Assembly: GCA_964362175.1 (NCBI GenBank)
Contig: CAYIDD010000005.1
Coordinates: forward strand, 44-64,043
Origin: an uncultured Candidatus Saccharibacteria bacterium
Lineage (GTDB): Bacteria > Patescibacteriota > Minisyncoccia > Phycocordibacterales > UBA2100
Reading direction: 5' to 3'
DNA: 64,000 nucleotides
Below, in pieces: positions 29,256 through 37,974 of the stretch (its first letter is position 1; every line of letters starts with the position of its first letter). The notes beneath the pieces were generated by a model that was not told the origin of the DNA, ran no database searches, and worked only from the letters and a program-made list of their open reading frames with translations. The translations under genes and the position numbers were made by a program.

Positions 29256-30550
29256 AGAAACTTTCGATGTTCCAGACCATTTTGCTCGTCGTATTTGGCG
29301 GGCTCGCTATCGCGGGCGTCTTGGTGTTCTCACTCGCTATCGGAGGCGGAGAGACCAACACCGTCGGTGCCGTACGGATATGGGGGACGCTCGATCAGGG
29401 GGCATTCGCGACCGTCCTTCGGCAAGCCGCTGAAAATAATGCTCAGCTGGCTCAGGTGACGTACGAGCAAAAAGATCCCGCGACCTACGACAACGAGCTC
29501 ACCAATGCGCTTGCCACCGGCTCAGGACCGGATCTTTTTGTCATGCGGCAGGACTATGCGCTGAAGGACGCCGGAAGGGTTACGGTCATTCCGCTCTCTG
29601 CCCTTTCCCAATCTCAATTCGAAGGTACGTTCATCGAAGCATCAAGTCCGTTTCTGACGCCAAGCGGCGTCGTAGGCGTTCCGCTCTTTGCCGATCCGCT
29701 CGTACTCTATTGGAACAAAGACGTGCTCGCTTCCGGCGGGTTTGCGCAGCCGCCGAAATTCTGGGACGAACTCTTCACCATGTCCCAAAAAATGACGACC
29801 AAAGATGACACGGGCTCCATCGTTCGGGCCACGATCGCCCTCGGTGAATATCGGAACATACGTAATGCAAAGGATATTCTTGCGACACTCATTCTCCAGG
29901 CGGGCGGTTCTATAACCGCGCGCGACACCACGGGGCGTTTGACGCCGGCACTCACACCCCGCACAGGGAATACGACGCAGGCTACCGCCTCCGCGTTGCG
30001 CTTCTATACCGAATTTGCAGATCCTTCCAAAAACGATTATTCATGGAATCGGTCGCTCCCCGAGGCGCAAAAAGCGTTCGCGGCGGGCGATCTCGCCCTC
30101 TACATAGGCTACGCGAGCGAAGACCCGTTCATCGCGCGCACGAATCCGAATCTTAATTTCGCGATAGCGCCCCTGCCGCAGATCCGGAATTCCCAATCTG
30201 CCCGCAACACCGCACGTGTCTACGCACTCGCCGCGTCGCGGACAAGCACAAACCCCAATGCCGCGATCACCGCCGCATTTTTGCTGGTTTCCGCGGACAT
30301 CGGCAAAGCACTCTCAACCGCTCTCGGGATCCCCAGTGCGCGACGCGACATCATAAACCAGCCTGCTACCGGCAACGACGATCTTTTCAACAAACAGGCC
30401 ATCCTCGCGCATTCCTGGCTTGACCCCGACCCGATCAGGACAGCCGAACTCTTTCGCGCTATGATTGAGAACACGACGAGCGGATCGCAGCTCGTCACCG
30501 AAGCGGTCCAGCGCGGTGATCAGGAATTGGGCCAGATCCTCGGCTTATGA
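29252..30550 (+). CDS. ABC transporter substrate-binding protein (family 1, sugar-type), membrane-anchored
   Basis: 432 aa. N-terminal TM/signal, then the two-lobed SBP pattern (GSGPDLFVM..., ALYIGYASE...). Confidence 0.65.
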   Translation: MKKLSMFQTILLVVFGGLAIAGVLVFSLAIGGGETNTVGAVRIWGTLDQGAFATVLRQAAENNAQLAQVTYEQKDPATYDNELTNALATGSGPDLFVMRQDYALKDAGRVTVIPLSALSQSQFEGTFIEASSPFLTPSGVVGVPLFADPLVLYWNKDVLASGGFAQPPKFWDELFTMSQKMTTKDDTGSIVRATIALGEYRNIRNAKDILATLILQAGGSITARDTTGRLTPALTPRTGNTTQATASALRFYTEFADPSKNDYSWNRSLPEAQKAFAAGDLALYIGYASEDPFIARTNPNLNFAIAPLPQIRNSQSARNTARVYALAASRTSTNPNAAITAAFLLVSADIGKALSTALGIPSARRDIINQPATGNDDLFNKQAILAHSWLDPDPIRTAELFRAMIENTTSGSQLVTEAVQRGDQELGQILGL

Positions 30551-30912
30551 AAAATTTCTTACATTCTGTACATCGAATGTGCACGGTCTTTACCGGCGCG
30601 GCGATCGTTTTTGCGGCAGGTATCGTGCAGGCGGAAACCGGTCTGGGAAATCCGCTGAACAAGAGCTTTAGCACCATACCGGCGTTTCTTGCGGGTGCTC
30701 TGAAGGTGCTCGTCATCGTGGCGCTGCCGCTCATCACGCTTTTCGTCGTCGTTGCGGGGTTCATGTTTATCAAGGCACGCGGTAATCCCACAGAACTCAC
30801 AAAGGCAAAGGAGAACTTCGTCTACGTCATCATCGGCGCTCTGCTCATCCTTGGCGCGTGGCTCATCGCGACCCTCATCGGGGGAACGGTCTCTCAGTTG
30901 GTGGGAAATTGA
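30547..30912 (+). CDS. small secreted two-TM protein, paralog 1 of tandem array (VirB2/TrbC-pilin-like topology)
   Basis: 121 aa. Signal peptide, then two hydrophobic helices separated by a short charged loop (KARGNPTELTKAKE). Confidence 0.5.
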   Translation: MKNFLHSVHRMCTVFTGAAIVFAAGIVQAETGLGNPLNKSFSTIPAFLAGALKVLVIVALPLITLFVVVAGFMFIKARGNPTELTKAKENFVYVIIGALLILGAWLIATLIGGTVSQLVGN

Positions 30913-30913
30913 T

Positions 30914-31303
30914 ATGCGTACGACACGCATCATGCCAGCGTTGTTGTTTCTCCTGATACCAGCCGCTGCTTTTGCCGCGCCCCGCAATTTTCAGGAGCTC
31001 TCGAACAGTATTGTGTTCCTGCTCGACAATGCAACGGCGGTTTTGGTGGTAGCCGGTATCGCCGTCTACTTTTACGGGATTTCAAGCAACATCCTGAAAT
31101 TCAGTGACGAGGGGGGTGAAAAAATGAAAGCATATTTCTTCTGGGGGATCATCGTGCTTTTCGTGATGGTTTCTATTTGGGGGATATTGCGCCTGCTTCA
31201 GGATACCTTGTTCGGTGGGAACCAGTTCGGCGCAACTTCTCCGCTACCACAGCAGACATCGGGAGACGTTTTCAGGTCGTCCAACATGCGTTTCCCCGAG
31301 TGA
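30914..31303 (+). CDS. small secreted two-TM protein, paralog 2
   Basis: Start MRTTRIMPALLFLLIPAAAFA (signal). C-terminal motif FVMVSIWGILRLLQDTLF shared with paralog 4. Confidence 0.55.
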   Translation: MRTTRIMPALLFLLIPAAAFAAPRNFQELSNSIVFLLDNATAVLVVAGIAVYFYGISSNILKFSDEGGEKMKAYFFWGIIVLFVMVSIWGILRLLQDTLFGGNQFGATSPLPQQTSGDVFRSSNMRFPE

Positions 31304-31319
31304 CTTCAATAATTCGCGT

Positions 31320-31715
31320 ATGAATTATCTTTCCCGCGCCACCCTCACCATGTCGCTTGTTACGGCGGCAGCGCCCGCGCTCGCAAACGCCCAGACCATC
31401 TCGCAGGCGGTGGGGCTTTTTAATGTGTTCGTGGGGCTCATGCTGACCGCGGCGCTTCTCACCTACGGTGTCGGGATGGTTGTGTGGTGGGTTCGTCTCG
31501 GAACGTGGCCTACATACAGGACCGAGGCGATAAAGATCATGGAGTGGTCGGTCGTCATGCTGTTGGTTCTCGTGGTGCTTTTGGCCATCGTCCAATTTTT
31601 CCAGAATCATCCGCGCGCGGCCGGCTATACCGTTTCTATCGTCGTACTAGTTCTTATCGTGTGGGCAATTCTTGTCATGGCGGCAAAAGGTGGGAAAAAA
31701 GAGAAAGAGCACTAG
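31320..31715 (+). CDS. small secreted two-TM protein, paralog 3
   Basis: Start MNYLSRATLTMSLVTAAAPALANA (signal). Two TM helices. KKEKEH tail. Confidence 0.5.
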   Translation: MNYLSRATLTMSLVTAAAPALANAQTISQAVGLFNVFVGLMLTAALLTYGVGMVVWWVRLGTWPTYRTEAIKIMEWSVVMLLVLVVLLAIVQFFQNHPRAAGYTVSIVVLVLIVWAILVMAAKGGKKEKEH

Positions 31716-31748
31716 ACCCCGCTCGAAGAGAGCGCCCGCAGGGGCCGA

Positions 31749-31803
31749 ATATCGGCTACTGCCGATATGAGGCGAGTCTGACACGCACAAGCTTGTGCGT
31801 GTC
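31749..31803. other. two adjacent perfect hairpins downstream of paralog 3
   Basis: atatcggc-tact-gccgatat (31749-31768) and gacacgcacaag/cttgtgcgtgtc (31780-31803, 12-bp stem). No T-run follows, so the terminator role is uncertain. Confidence 0.3.
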
Positions 31804-31943
31804 ACGGAAGTTGACGTGGGGGGTGCCTCCCGGCGGGGTCGGTTATCCACACGGAGGCGGTACCATCTATTGTATTTTCAGCCCCTGTCTATACCATTGA
31901 GGTACTTAGAAAATAAAGGGGAAATCCCAAAAAACAACAGATT

Positions 31944-32303
31944 ATGCGGAAAATTATCGTTTCTTCGGGGCTGGTCGCGGCAGTGGTGGCGCTTCCTGCT
32001 CTTGCGAGCGCAGCTACTCTTCTCGACACGCTTGCGCTCGCCAACACCTTCCTGAACGCCATGATTGGCCTCTTCATCACGCTCGCCATCGTAGTTTTCT
32101 TCTGGGGCCTCATCAAGTACCTCACCACGGCGGGGGAGGACAAGGCAGCGGGGTTGTCCATTATGTTCATGGGCGTCGTTGCCATCTTCGTCATGGTCTC
32201 AATCTGGGGCATCATCCGCCTCCTCCAAAGTACCTTCAAGGTTACCTCGACAGATCCCGTCATCCCGAAAGGCATCCAGATAAATACGGGCGTCTATCAG
32301 TAA
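31944..32303 (+). CDS. small secreted two-TM protein, paralog 4
   Basis: Signal MRKIIVSSGLVAAVVALPALASA. C-terminal FVMVSIWGIIRLLQSTF. Confidence 0.55.
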   Translation: MRKIIVSSGLVAAVVALPALASAATLLDTLALANTFLNAMIGLFITLAIVVFFWGLIKYLTTAGEDKAAGLSIMFMGVVAIFVMVSIWGIIRLLQSTFKVTSTDPVIPKGIQINTGVYQ

Positions 32304-32351
32304 TAAGATCGACTGGGCTCAAGCACGGGCTCTTCGCATTGCCCACCTATT

Positions 32352-32663
32352 ATGAATGCCCTCGGAAACCTGATGGACAAGTTTTGGTCTGCCATCATTA
32401 GTCCGGCGATCCTAATAGTGCTCGCGCTCGGCTTCCTTCTCTTCGTGTACGGACTCGTCGAATTTCTCTGGAATCTTAATACGGGGGGAGACAATAAAGA
32501 GGGGAAGCAGCATATGATGTGGGGCATCGTGGGCATCCTCGTCATGTTTTCCGTCTACGGCATCCTTGATCTCCTCGACAACACCTTCAATCTCGATTTC
32601 AGGAATCCCGATGTAAGTCGCGCGCAAAATATCAAGGTGCCATCAAATTTCGGTACTCAGTGA
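32352..32663 (+). CDS. small two-TM protein, paralog 5
   Basis: 103 aa. MMWGIVGILVMFSVYGILDLLDNTF is homologous to the VMVSIWGI(L/I)RLLQ motif. Confidence 0.5.
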   Translation: MNALGNLMDKFWSAIISPAILIVLALGFLLFVYGLVEFLWNLNTGGDNKEGKQHMMWGIVGILVMFSVYGILDLLDNTFNLDFRNPDVSRAQNIKVPSNFGTQ

Positions 32664-32671
32664 TTTTTGTG

Positions 32672-32753
32672 TGGGCAGGGCGAGACTCGAACTCGCACCC
32701 CTTGCGGGACTAGGTCCTAAGCCTAGCGCGGCTACCAATTACGCCACCTGCCC
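32672..32753 (-). tRNA. tRNA-Leu (anticodon TAG), class II
   Basis: Acceptor gggcagg/cctgccc. Anticodon stem ctagg/cctag with loop ctTAGga. Long variable arm. T-arm gcgag-ttcgagt-ctcgc. Confidence 0.75.
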
Positions 32754-32894
32754 GTGCCCCTATCCTAGCATTTTGTCCGCCAGTGGGGCGAGATTGGACC
32801 GTCCCCGGTTCTTCGGGTCTGAAAGTGTGACGGGCTGATTTCGAAACACAGCGAGAGAAATAATGGCACCTATGGCGTTATCCACAATGTCCCT

Positions 32895-33734
32895 TTGTGG
32901 GGTGCTATGATGTACCCAATGAATCCGAATAAAGCATTGTGGGAGAAAGGAGATTTTACTGAGATCGCGGCCTTCATGCGTCAGTCCGGAGAAACACTCA
33001 TTAAGTCGCTCGGCATAACGCCGCCGCTGCGGGTCTTAGATCTCGGTTGCGGAGACGGCACTACCGCGATTCCTCTAGCCCTCTTGGGGGCTGAAGTTGT
33101 TGGGATCGACATCGCCAAGAACCTCGTCGACGCCGGAAACAAACGCGCTGTCGAGGCAGGTCTCAGCCAACTGACATTTCAAGAAGGTGATGCGTGCAAC
33201 CTGCAAGGAATCAGCGACCACTCATTTGATCTGACCATTTCTATATTCGGCGCCATGTTTGCTCCCAAGCCGTTCGACGTAGCCAAGGAGATGGTCCGTG
33301 TCACAAAACTGGGGGGCCGCATTGTGATGGGTAACTGGATCCCGAACGACCCAACCTCATTCGTGTCGCAATTGCTGAAGATAAGCGCAGCGTTTACGCC
33401 TCCGCCTCCGGAAGGCTTCGTGAGTCCCATGACGTGGGGTGTAGAAACTCACGTCATCGAACGTTTTGGTCAGGCCGGGGTTCCCAAGGAAAAGATATCG
33501 ATGGTCAAGGATACGTACTCCTTCATATCGAAGGACAAAAGCCCCGCAGAATTCGTTGAATTATTGGAACGATTCTATGGTCCGACAATGAACGCCGTCG
33601 AAGCGGCTCAAAAGAATGGAAAAGCGGATGAGCTCCACAGCCAACTTTTGGAGCTGGCGAAAGAGCAGAACAAGAGCACGGACGGCAGCACTTCAATACC
33701 CGCTACCTTCATGAGGGTGACCATTAACCTCTGA
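32895..33734 (+). CDS. class I SAM-dependent methyltransferase
   Basis: 279 aa. Motif I VLDLGCGDGTTAIPLA. Motif post-I VVGIDIA. Confidence 0.75.
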   Translation: MWGAMMYPMNPNKALWEKGDFTEIAAFMRQSGETLIKSLGITPPLRVLDLGCGDGTTAIPLALLGAEVVGIDIAKNLVDAGNKRAVEAGLSQLTFQEGDACNLQGISDHSFDLTISIFGAMFAPKPFDVAKEMVRVTKLGGRIVMGNWIPNDPTSFVSQLLKISAAFTPPPPEGFVSPMTWGVETHVIERFGQAGVPKEKISMVKDTYSFISKDKSPAEFVELLERFYGPTMNAVEAAQKNGKADELHSQLLELAKEQNKSTDGSTSIPATFMRVTINL

Positions 33735-33750
33735 GGCTGATTGAGGATAA

Positions 33751-33963
33751 TGGTGTCGGGTATCGTATTCACGACGGACCTACTTTCGACACTTTCCGAG
33801 CGTGGGGCTTATCTTCGAGCTCAGTAAACAATTCGAGCTTGGAAACTATGATTTAGTCCGCCTAACTATAGACCATTGGAACGCGCTCATCCAAGAAATG
33901 GAACAATGGCGAGGCATTACTAACGGGACAGATTTTGCCTTATCTTCCGAATCTCGCGTTTAA
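33751..33963 (+). pseudogene. start-less fragment homologous to the 3' end of large serine recombinase 2 (C-terminal tail variant)
   Basis: Frame open from the stop at 33748-50, with no start codon. Translation ...VSYSRRTYFRHFPSVGLIFELSKQFELGNYDLVRLTIDHWNALIQEMEQWRGITNGTDFALSSESRV*. Recombinase 2 has ...IAYSRGMGFGIARMGLIFELSKQFELGNYALVRPVGFEPTTVRLRGDCSTN*. Confidence 0.45.
33804..33862. repeat. 59-bp direct repeat (55/59 identical to 40959-41017), left boundary of integrated element 2
   Basis: ggggcttatCttcgagctcagtaaacaattcgagcttggaaaCtatgAtttAgtccgcc versus attR ggggcttatAttcgagctcagtaaacaattcgagcttggaaaTtatgCtttGgtccgcc. 32-bp identical core. The last ~9 nt correspond to the tRNA-Lys 3' end. 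Confidence 0.6.
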
Positions 33964-36448
33964 ACGACTCAGGCAGTTCTATAACTGATAGGTCTACAGT
34001 TGAGAGCCATTGAGTCGCTTGCTCCTCGTTAAGAGAAGGATTGCCAACCATCTTAGACAGTTCTGTGGCTACATGTCTGCTGAAGCCCATATTGATAAAT
34101 GAGACTTGCGTCATTTCTGATACTCCGAACTCAACCCACGTTCTAATATCTGGTATTTGTGCTAACAGTTCAGTTCTACCTGTTTGCTCGAAGAAATATC
34201 GGAGGGTATCTAAATAACACGTGATGTATTTCGCGAATCCAAAACGAATATCGTCTTCTATATTACGCATGGTATCTCGGATAACTACAGGAAGACGAGG
34301 GCTTCTGCCATGCTCCTGTAAATACTTGAAGTAATCCACGATTATCCTTGGCAAGGGGTAGCCGCGCATCCAAACAACCGCTAGCAACGCCTCTCGATAT
34401 GAGCTTATACTTTTTGTGTTTGGAGGTGCGAGATGTGTATTAACTCGACTGACAATTCGGTTGTAATCGCTCACTGCCGTTTGAGCGGCGACAGAAGGCG
34501 GCGGCAACAATTCTTCTACGTTCTCGTGTCCTTGGAAGTAATCATAAAGTCGTTTTACAGCAAGAGGACTAATGCCTGGATTTCGTTGAAAGATTTCCCG
34601 TGGCAACTGGACGTTTTCCCTGATTTTCCCTAACAGACTGATAAGTTCGTCCGAGAATATGCTGCTGTAATCGCCATCTAAGTATTTAAGAAAAAAGTAG
34701 CTCAACGCGTACTCCATATTCGCATCTCGAATATTGGCATCTTCGGCATGCTCGGCGACAAATTCAAGGAATGATGACCCCTCTCCAGTGATTTCAACAA
34801 GTGATTTCTTTATCTCATAACGACGTTCGCCCCAGAGAGGCTTATGCGTCCATTCTTCAGGTTCTATACAGAAAATATTTCCTTGAAAATCTTTGGAGAG
34901 TCTGCCTGCTCGTCCCGCCAAGTTCCAAAAATCCGCTTCTGACATCGGATTGCCACGACCACGAGATGGATTGGTAATGAAAATCGCTTTTGCCGACAGA
35001 TTCACTCCCTCTAGTAAAGTTGATGTGCAGACTAAATATTTAATAGCTCCCTCTCGGAACAATCTTTCAATTTCACGTCTAACCAAAAGCGGCATATTTC
35101 CGTAATGAAAAGCGACACCATAGGGCAATACTTGCGGTAGTGCATAGTGCGGATGAATAAGTCTTTTTGAGAGGTCTATCAACTCATCGAATGACGACTC
35201 ATCCTTTTCAACACCCATTTGTCTCAATTCATCTGCAATGCTTTGTGCGATTCTCTCAGCACTAGCTGCTCCAGATGCATATACCAAATTTCCACCGTCC
35301 TTACTCAGTAAGATTGGTAGCTTGCTACATTTCTTAGCAATTGTACCAAGAGTTTGTTCAAGTACGATTTTTCCTAAAGGAATAGATTGGGTCTTTAAGC
35401 AAAGCGTAATGTCCCATTCTTTGGGTTTACGAGGTACTTTAGAGAGCCAAATGAGGTTTTGGTTTACCGCCACATAATCCGTTAGAATGCTTACGCCCGT
35501 ATCTGAGTTCGATATTCCTAAAAGTATCTCAGGATTTCGGGAGAATGCGCTACAGAAGAGCACTCGCGAGGACGGATTAATACGCTGAACCTGCTCCACT
35601 TTCTCCTGCAGTAAAATACCACGTTGACCATCTCCTATCTTTTGTGCCTCATCAACAATTAGCAGGTCGACGGAATAGTCTGGATTATCCGTGAGAAACC
35701 AATGCAGTCTCTCCTGCGTGAAGACAAAGAGGTGATTTGAGTTCTTGTATTGGACTGGGGGCAATTTCGGGACTGAGCTTATGTAGACATTCTTTTCTAG
35801 ACCATATTCTGTGAGACTTTCATTGAAGCGGTCTTCCACTTCGTTAATAAGAGCACGAGTTGGGACGATATATACGATATGTGATGTTCTATCTGATTCT
35901 GACAAGGCTTTTGCGACAATGAGACTAAGCACGAACGACTTTCCAGCCGATGTCGGCGCGGAAGCACTTACTGTATTCTGCTCTCGTGCGGCAATATAAA
36001 GTTGTCTCTGAAATTTATTCAAATACCTAGTGTCGTTAACAATCTCAACTGTATGCAGTTGGTCGCGCCACATTTTCTCGACGAGAAGAGGACGCGGAAT
36101 GTCCTCCTCATAATTTTCGGGAATGTATTCTTTTTCTATAGCAAGATTAATCGCGGGCGCATTTGTCAGTTTCCCAAAAATAATCGCTGCTGCAACGTGA
36201 TATGACGGGTCAACCGCAGTCGTGAGACAGTATTGTGCGATGCGTAATGCCGCATCCTGACACTCCGCATCGTTTGCTTGCGCTAAAATGCTTCCGCAGA
36301 GAAGCATGTAGTTCCAGTCAATGTTCGGCTGCTGGTGGTCGTCAGAAAATCTTGTTGGCAAACTACCGAGAACGGAGGCATGGAGTATACTGCTAAATTC
36401 GTTTCTGAATTCTTGCAGTCCAAGTATTTTGCGTGCCAATTTGTCCAT
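33920..36448 (-). CDS. superfamily 2 DExH-box helicase (Ski2-like; HamB-like candidate)
   Basis: 842 aa. Motif I APTSAGKS, Ia IVPTRAL, II LLIVDEAQ, VI NLAGRAGR. Characteristic YGVAFHYGNMP...LVCTSTLLEGVNLSA RecA2 region. Confidence 0.8.
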   Translation of the reverse strand: MDKLARKILGLQEFRNEFSSILHASVLGSLPTRFSDDHQQPNIDWNYMLLCGSILAQANDAECQDAALRIAQYCLTTAVDPSYHVAAAIIFGKLTNAPAINLAIEKEYIPENYEEDIPRPLLVEKMWRDQLHTVEIVNDTRYLNKFQRQLYIAAREQNTVSASAPTSAGKSFVLSLIVAKALSESDRTSHIVYIVPTRALINEVEDRFNESLTEYGLEKNVYISSVPKLPPVQYKNSNHLFVFTQERLHWFLTDNPDYSVDLLIVDEAQKIGDGQRGILLQEKVEQVQRINPSSRVLFCSAFSRNPEILLGISNSDTGVSILTDYVAVNQNLIWLSKVPRKPKEWDITLCLKTQSIPLGKIVLEQTLGTIAKKCSKLPILLSKDGGNLVYASGAASAERIAQSIADELRQMGVEKDESSFDELIDLSKRLIHPHYALPQVLPYGVAFHYGNMPLLVRREIERLFREGAIKYLVCTSTLLEGVNLSAKAIFITNPSRGRGNPMSEADFWNLAGRAGRLSKDFQGNIFCIEPEEWTHKPLWGERRYEIKKSLVEITGEGSSFLEFVAEHAEDANIRDANMEYALSYFFLKYLDGDYSSIFSDELISLLGKIRENVQLPREIFQRNPGISPLAVKRLYDYFQGHENVEELLPPPSVAAQTAVSDYNRIVSRVNTHLAPPNTKSISSYREALLAVVWMRGYPLPRIIVDYFKYLQEHGRSPRLPVVIRDTMRNIEDDIRFGFAKYITCYLDTLRYFFEQTGRTELLAQIPDIRTWVEFGVSEMTQVSFINMGFSRHVATELSKMVGNPSLNEEQATQWLSTVDLSVIELPESFKREIRKIRQNLSR

Positions 36449-36457
36449 AAGGCATAC

Positions 36458-37423
36458 TCAACGCTCTAAGGCGCGAGTTAAGGCTTCGCGAAATTTTGCT
36501 ACCGAAGGCAGAGGAAGGATAAATAAGTGTATAACTATGGTCTCAACTTTTTGACTCTTTATTTCGGCATGGATTTTTTCAATCCATACGCTTAGGCTTT
36601 CGACTATGGCCTTTTTAACAGCTTCTACGTTGCCCGTATTTTGGACGGATGGGTAATGTTCGAAATCAAAACCAACGAGCCCAATTCCACGATAATTCAC
36701 TCGATTCGCTAAAGGTGAATCTTTTTTAAGATAACGTATCAGTGCCGACTCCAAATTCTCATCAGCAATATTTTCTGCGAGGTGGTCATGTGCCAACTGC
36801 AAATCTCTTTCTCGGCGTTCTGCGCCACCATCTACAAGAAGATAGGCGGATAAATCTTTAATGCACTCTTTAATGGCTGTTGCGGGATTTTGCTGGAGTT
36901 TTGACTCACACCAATACAGACATAAAATTGGTTCTTTACCCTCGTCATTCTCAATGGACAAGTGAATACCGTCAGAGCCGTGCACGGGCATTTCTGAGTT
37001 TGTCTTGAGAGGCATTTTGCACAGCAGTTGAGGGTACTTGAGGAATTCCTGAGCCATAAGATACAGGAGCAATTCACCACCCTCGCCAGATATACCCGTG
37101 GACTTAAATAACCCCCGTGCTGTCTTTTGTAATGCTGCAACTTTTCGGGTGGTGTTGTGCTTTGTATCGTAAGCTTTTGCTTCTGCGATTTTTGAGCGAG
37201 GAATTGCAAAATCAGCAGCGTTTGTAGCTAGGAAATCTGCCAAATCGTCAATCGGGGGCATGCCGTTCCCGTCCAATTCCAAAACGTAGCAGTGCGATGT
37301 TGCCCTTGTCGCCCCGACAACAACATTTACTTCTATTTCGGAGAAATATCGAGATAATTCAGCCTCACTGGTACTAAGTAAGCCACCCACTTCTCCTTTG
37401 AGGTCGTTGGATGACTTATTCAT
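36458..37423 (-). CDS. hypothetical protein with PD-(D/E)xK-like motif (HamA/DUF1837-like candidate)
   Basis: 321 aa, 9 bp upstream of the helicase. ...VHGSDGIHLSIENDEGKEPILCLYWCESKL... fits D...ExK nuclease spacing. GELLLYLMAQEFL segment. Size and gene order match Hachiman hamA-hamB. Confidence 0.4.
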   Translation of the reverse strand: MNKSSNDLKGEVGGLLSTSEAELSRYFSEIEVNVVVGATRATSHCYVLELDGNGMPPIDDLADFLATNAADFAIPRSKIAEAKAYDTKHNTTRKVAALQKTARGLFKSTGISGEGGELLLYLMAQEFLKYPQLLCKMPLKTNSEMPVHGSDGIHLSIENDEGKEPILCLYWCESKLQQNPATAIKECIKDLSAYLLVDGGAERRERDLQLAHDHLAENIADENLESALIRYLKKDSPLANRVNYRGIGLVGFDFEHYPSVQNTGNVEAVKKAIVESLSVWIEKIHAEIKSQKVETIVIHLFILPLPSVAKFREALTRALER

Positions 37424-37477
37424 GAATAAAGCCTACTCCAAACCACGAATATAAACAAATGGCAACAAAGTCGGCTC

Positions 37478-37648
37478 TCAATCAAATTTCTTTGAGAAAG
37501 TGGCGACGTTTTGTTTCTTTCTGTGAAAATAAACTTCTAAGGCTAACTCGGCCATGTCGTAAAGTGCCTTCCTGAGCTCATCAATTTCTTGGTCAGAGAG
37601 TTTGTTGCTATCGGGTATTAACTCGCGGCATTTTTCTAGAGAAAGCAT
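37478..37648 (-). CDS. small hypothetical helical protein (56 aa)
   Basis: ORF 37478-37732. Start placed at MLSLEKCRELIP to avoid overlap with the upstream gene. Confidence 0.3.
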   Translation of the reverse strand: MLSLEKCRELIPDSNKLSDQEIDELRKALYDMAELALEVYFHRKKQNVATFSKKFD

Positions 37649-37650
37649 AC

Positions 37651-37944
37651 CTATACTGTGAAGAAGACAGAGGCAGAGCCTAAAACAATCAAGATATTCG
37701 CCACCGCGTATATCGTAATTACATGCCACCAATTGTCGCCTGACTTAAGGGATTGGTACGAGGCAATAATTCCGGTAATAGCTGAAACAAGAGCCGTCAG
37801 AATCATCGCGTAGTACGAAATGCCAGCCACGACGATTTTCAGAGCGTCCTTAAGGTACGGCCATTCGTTTACAGACGAGAGAATGGACACGAATAAAATA
37901 CAGAGAGCCAAAGAGAACAAGCTTATTTTTAGGTATTTGTTCAT
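37651..37944 (-). CDS. small membrane protein (3 TM, 97 aa)
   Basis: MNKYLKISLFSLALCILFVSILS... has three hydrophobic helices. Holin-like size and topology, but this is speculative. Confidence 0.45.
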   Translation of the reverse strand: MNKYLKISLFSLALCILFVSILSSVNEWPYLKDALKIVVAGISYYAMILTALVSAITGIIASYQSLKSGDNWWHVITIYAVANILIVLGSASVFFTV

Positions 37945-37974
37945 AAGTCAACGACTAATTAAGGGGCGAGTAAT

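Noticed and set aside
31749-31803. Calling the two hairpins after the third small paralog rho-independent terminators
   Set aside because: The stems are strong, but neither is followed by a T-run. They are kept only as inverted repeats of unknown role.
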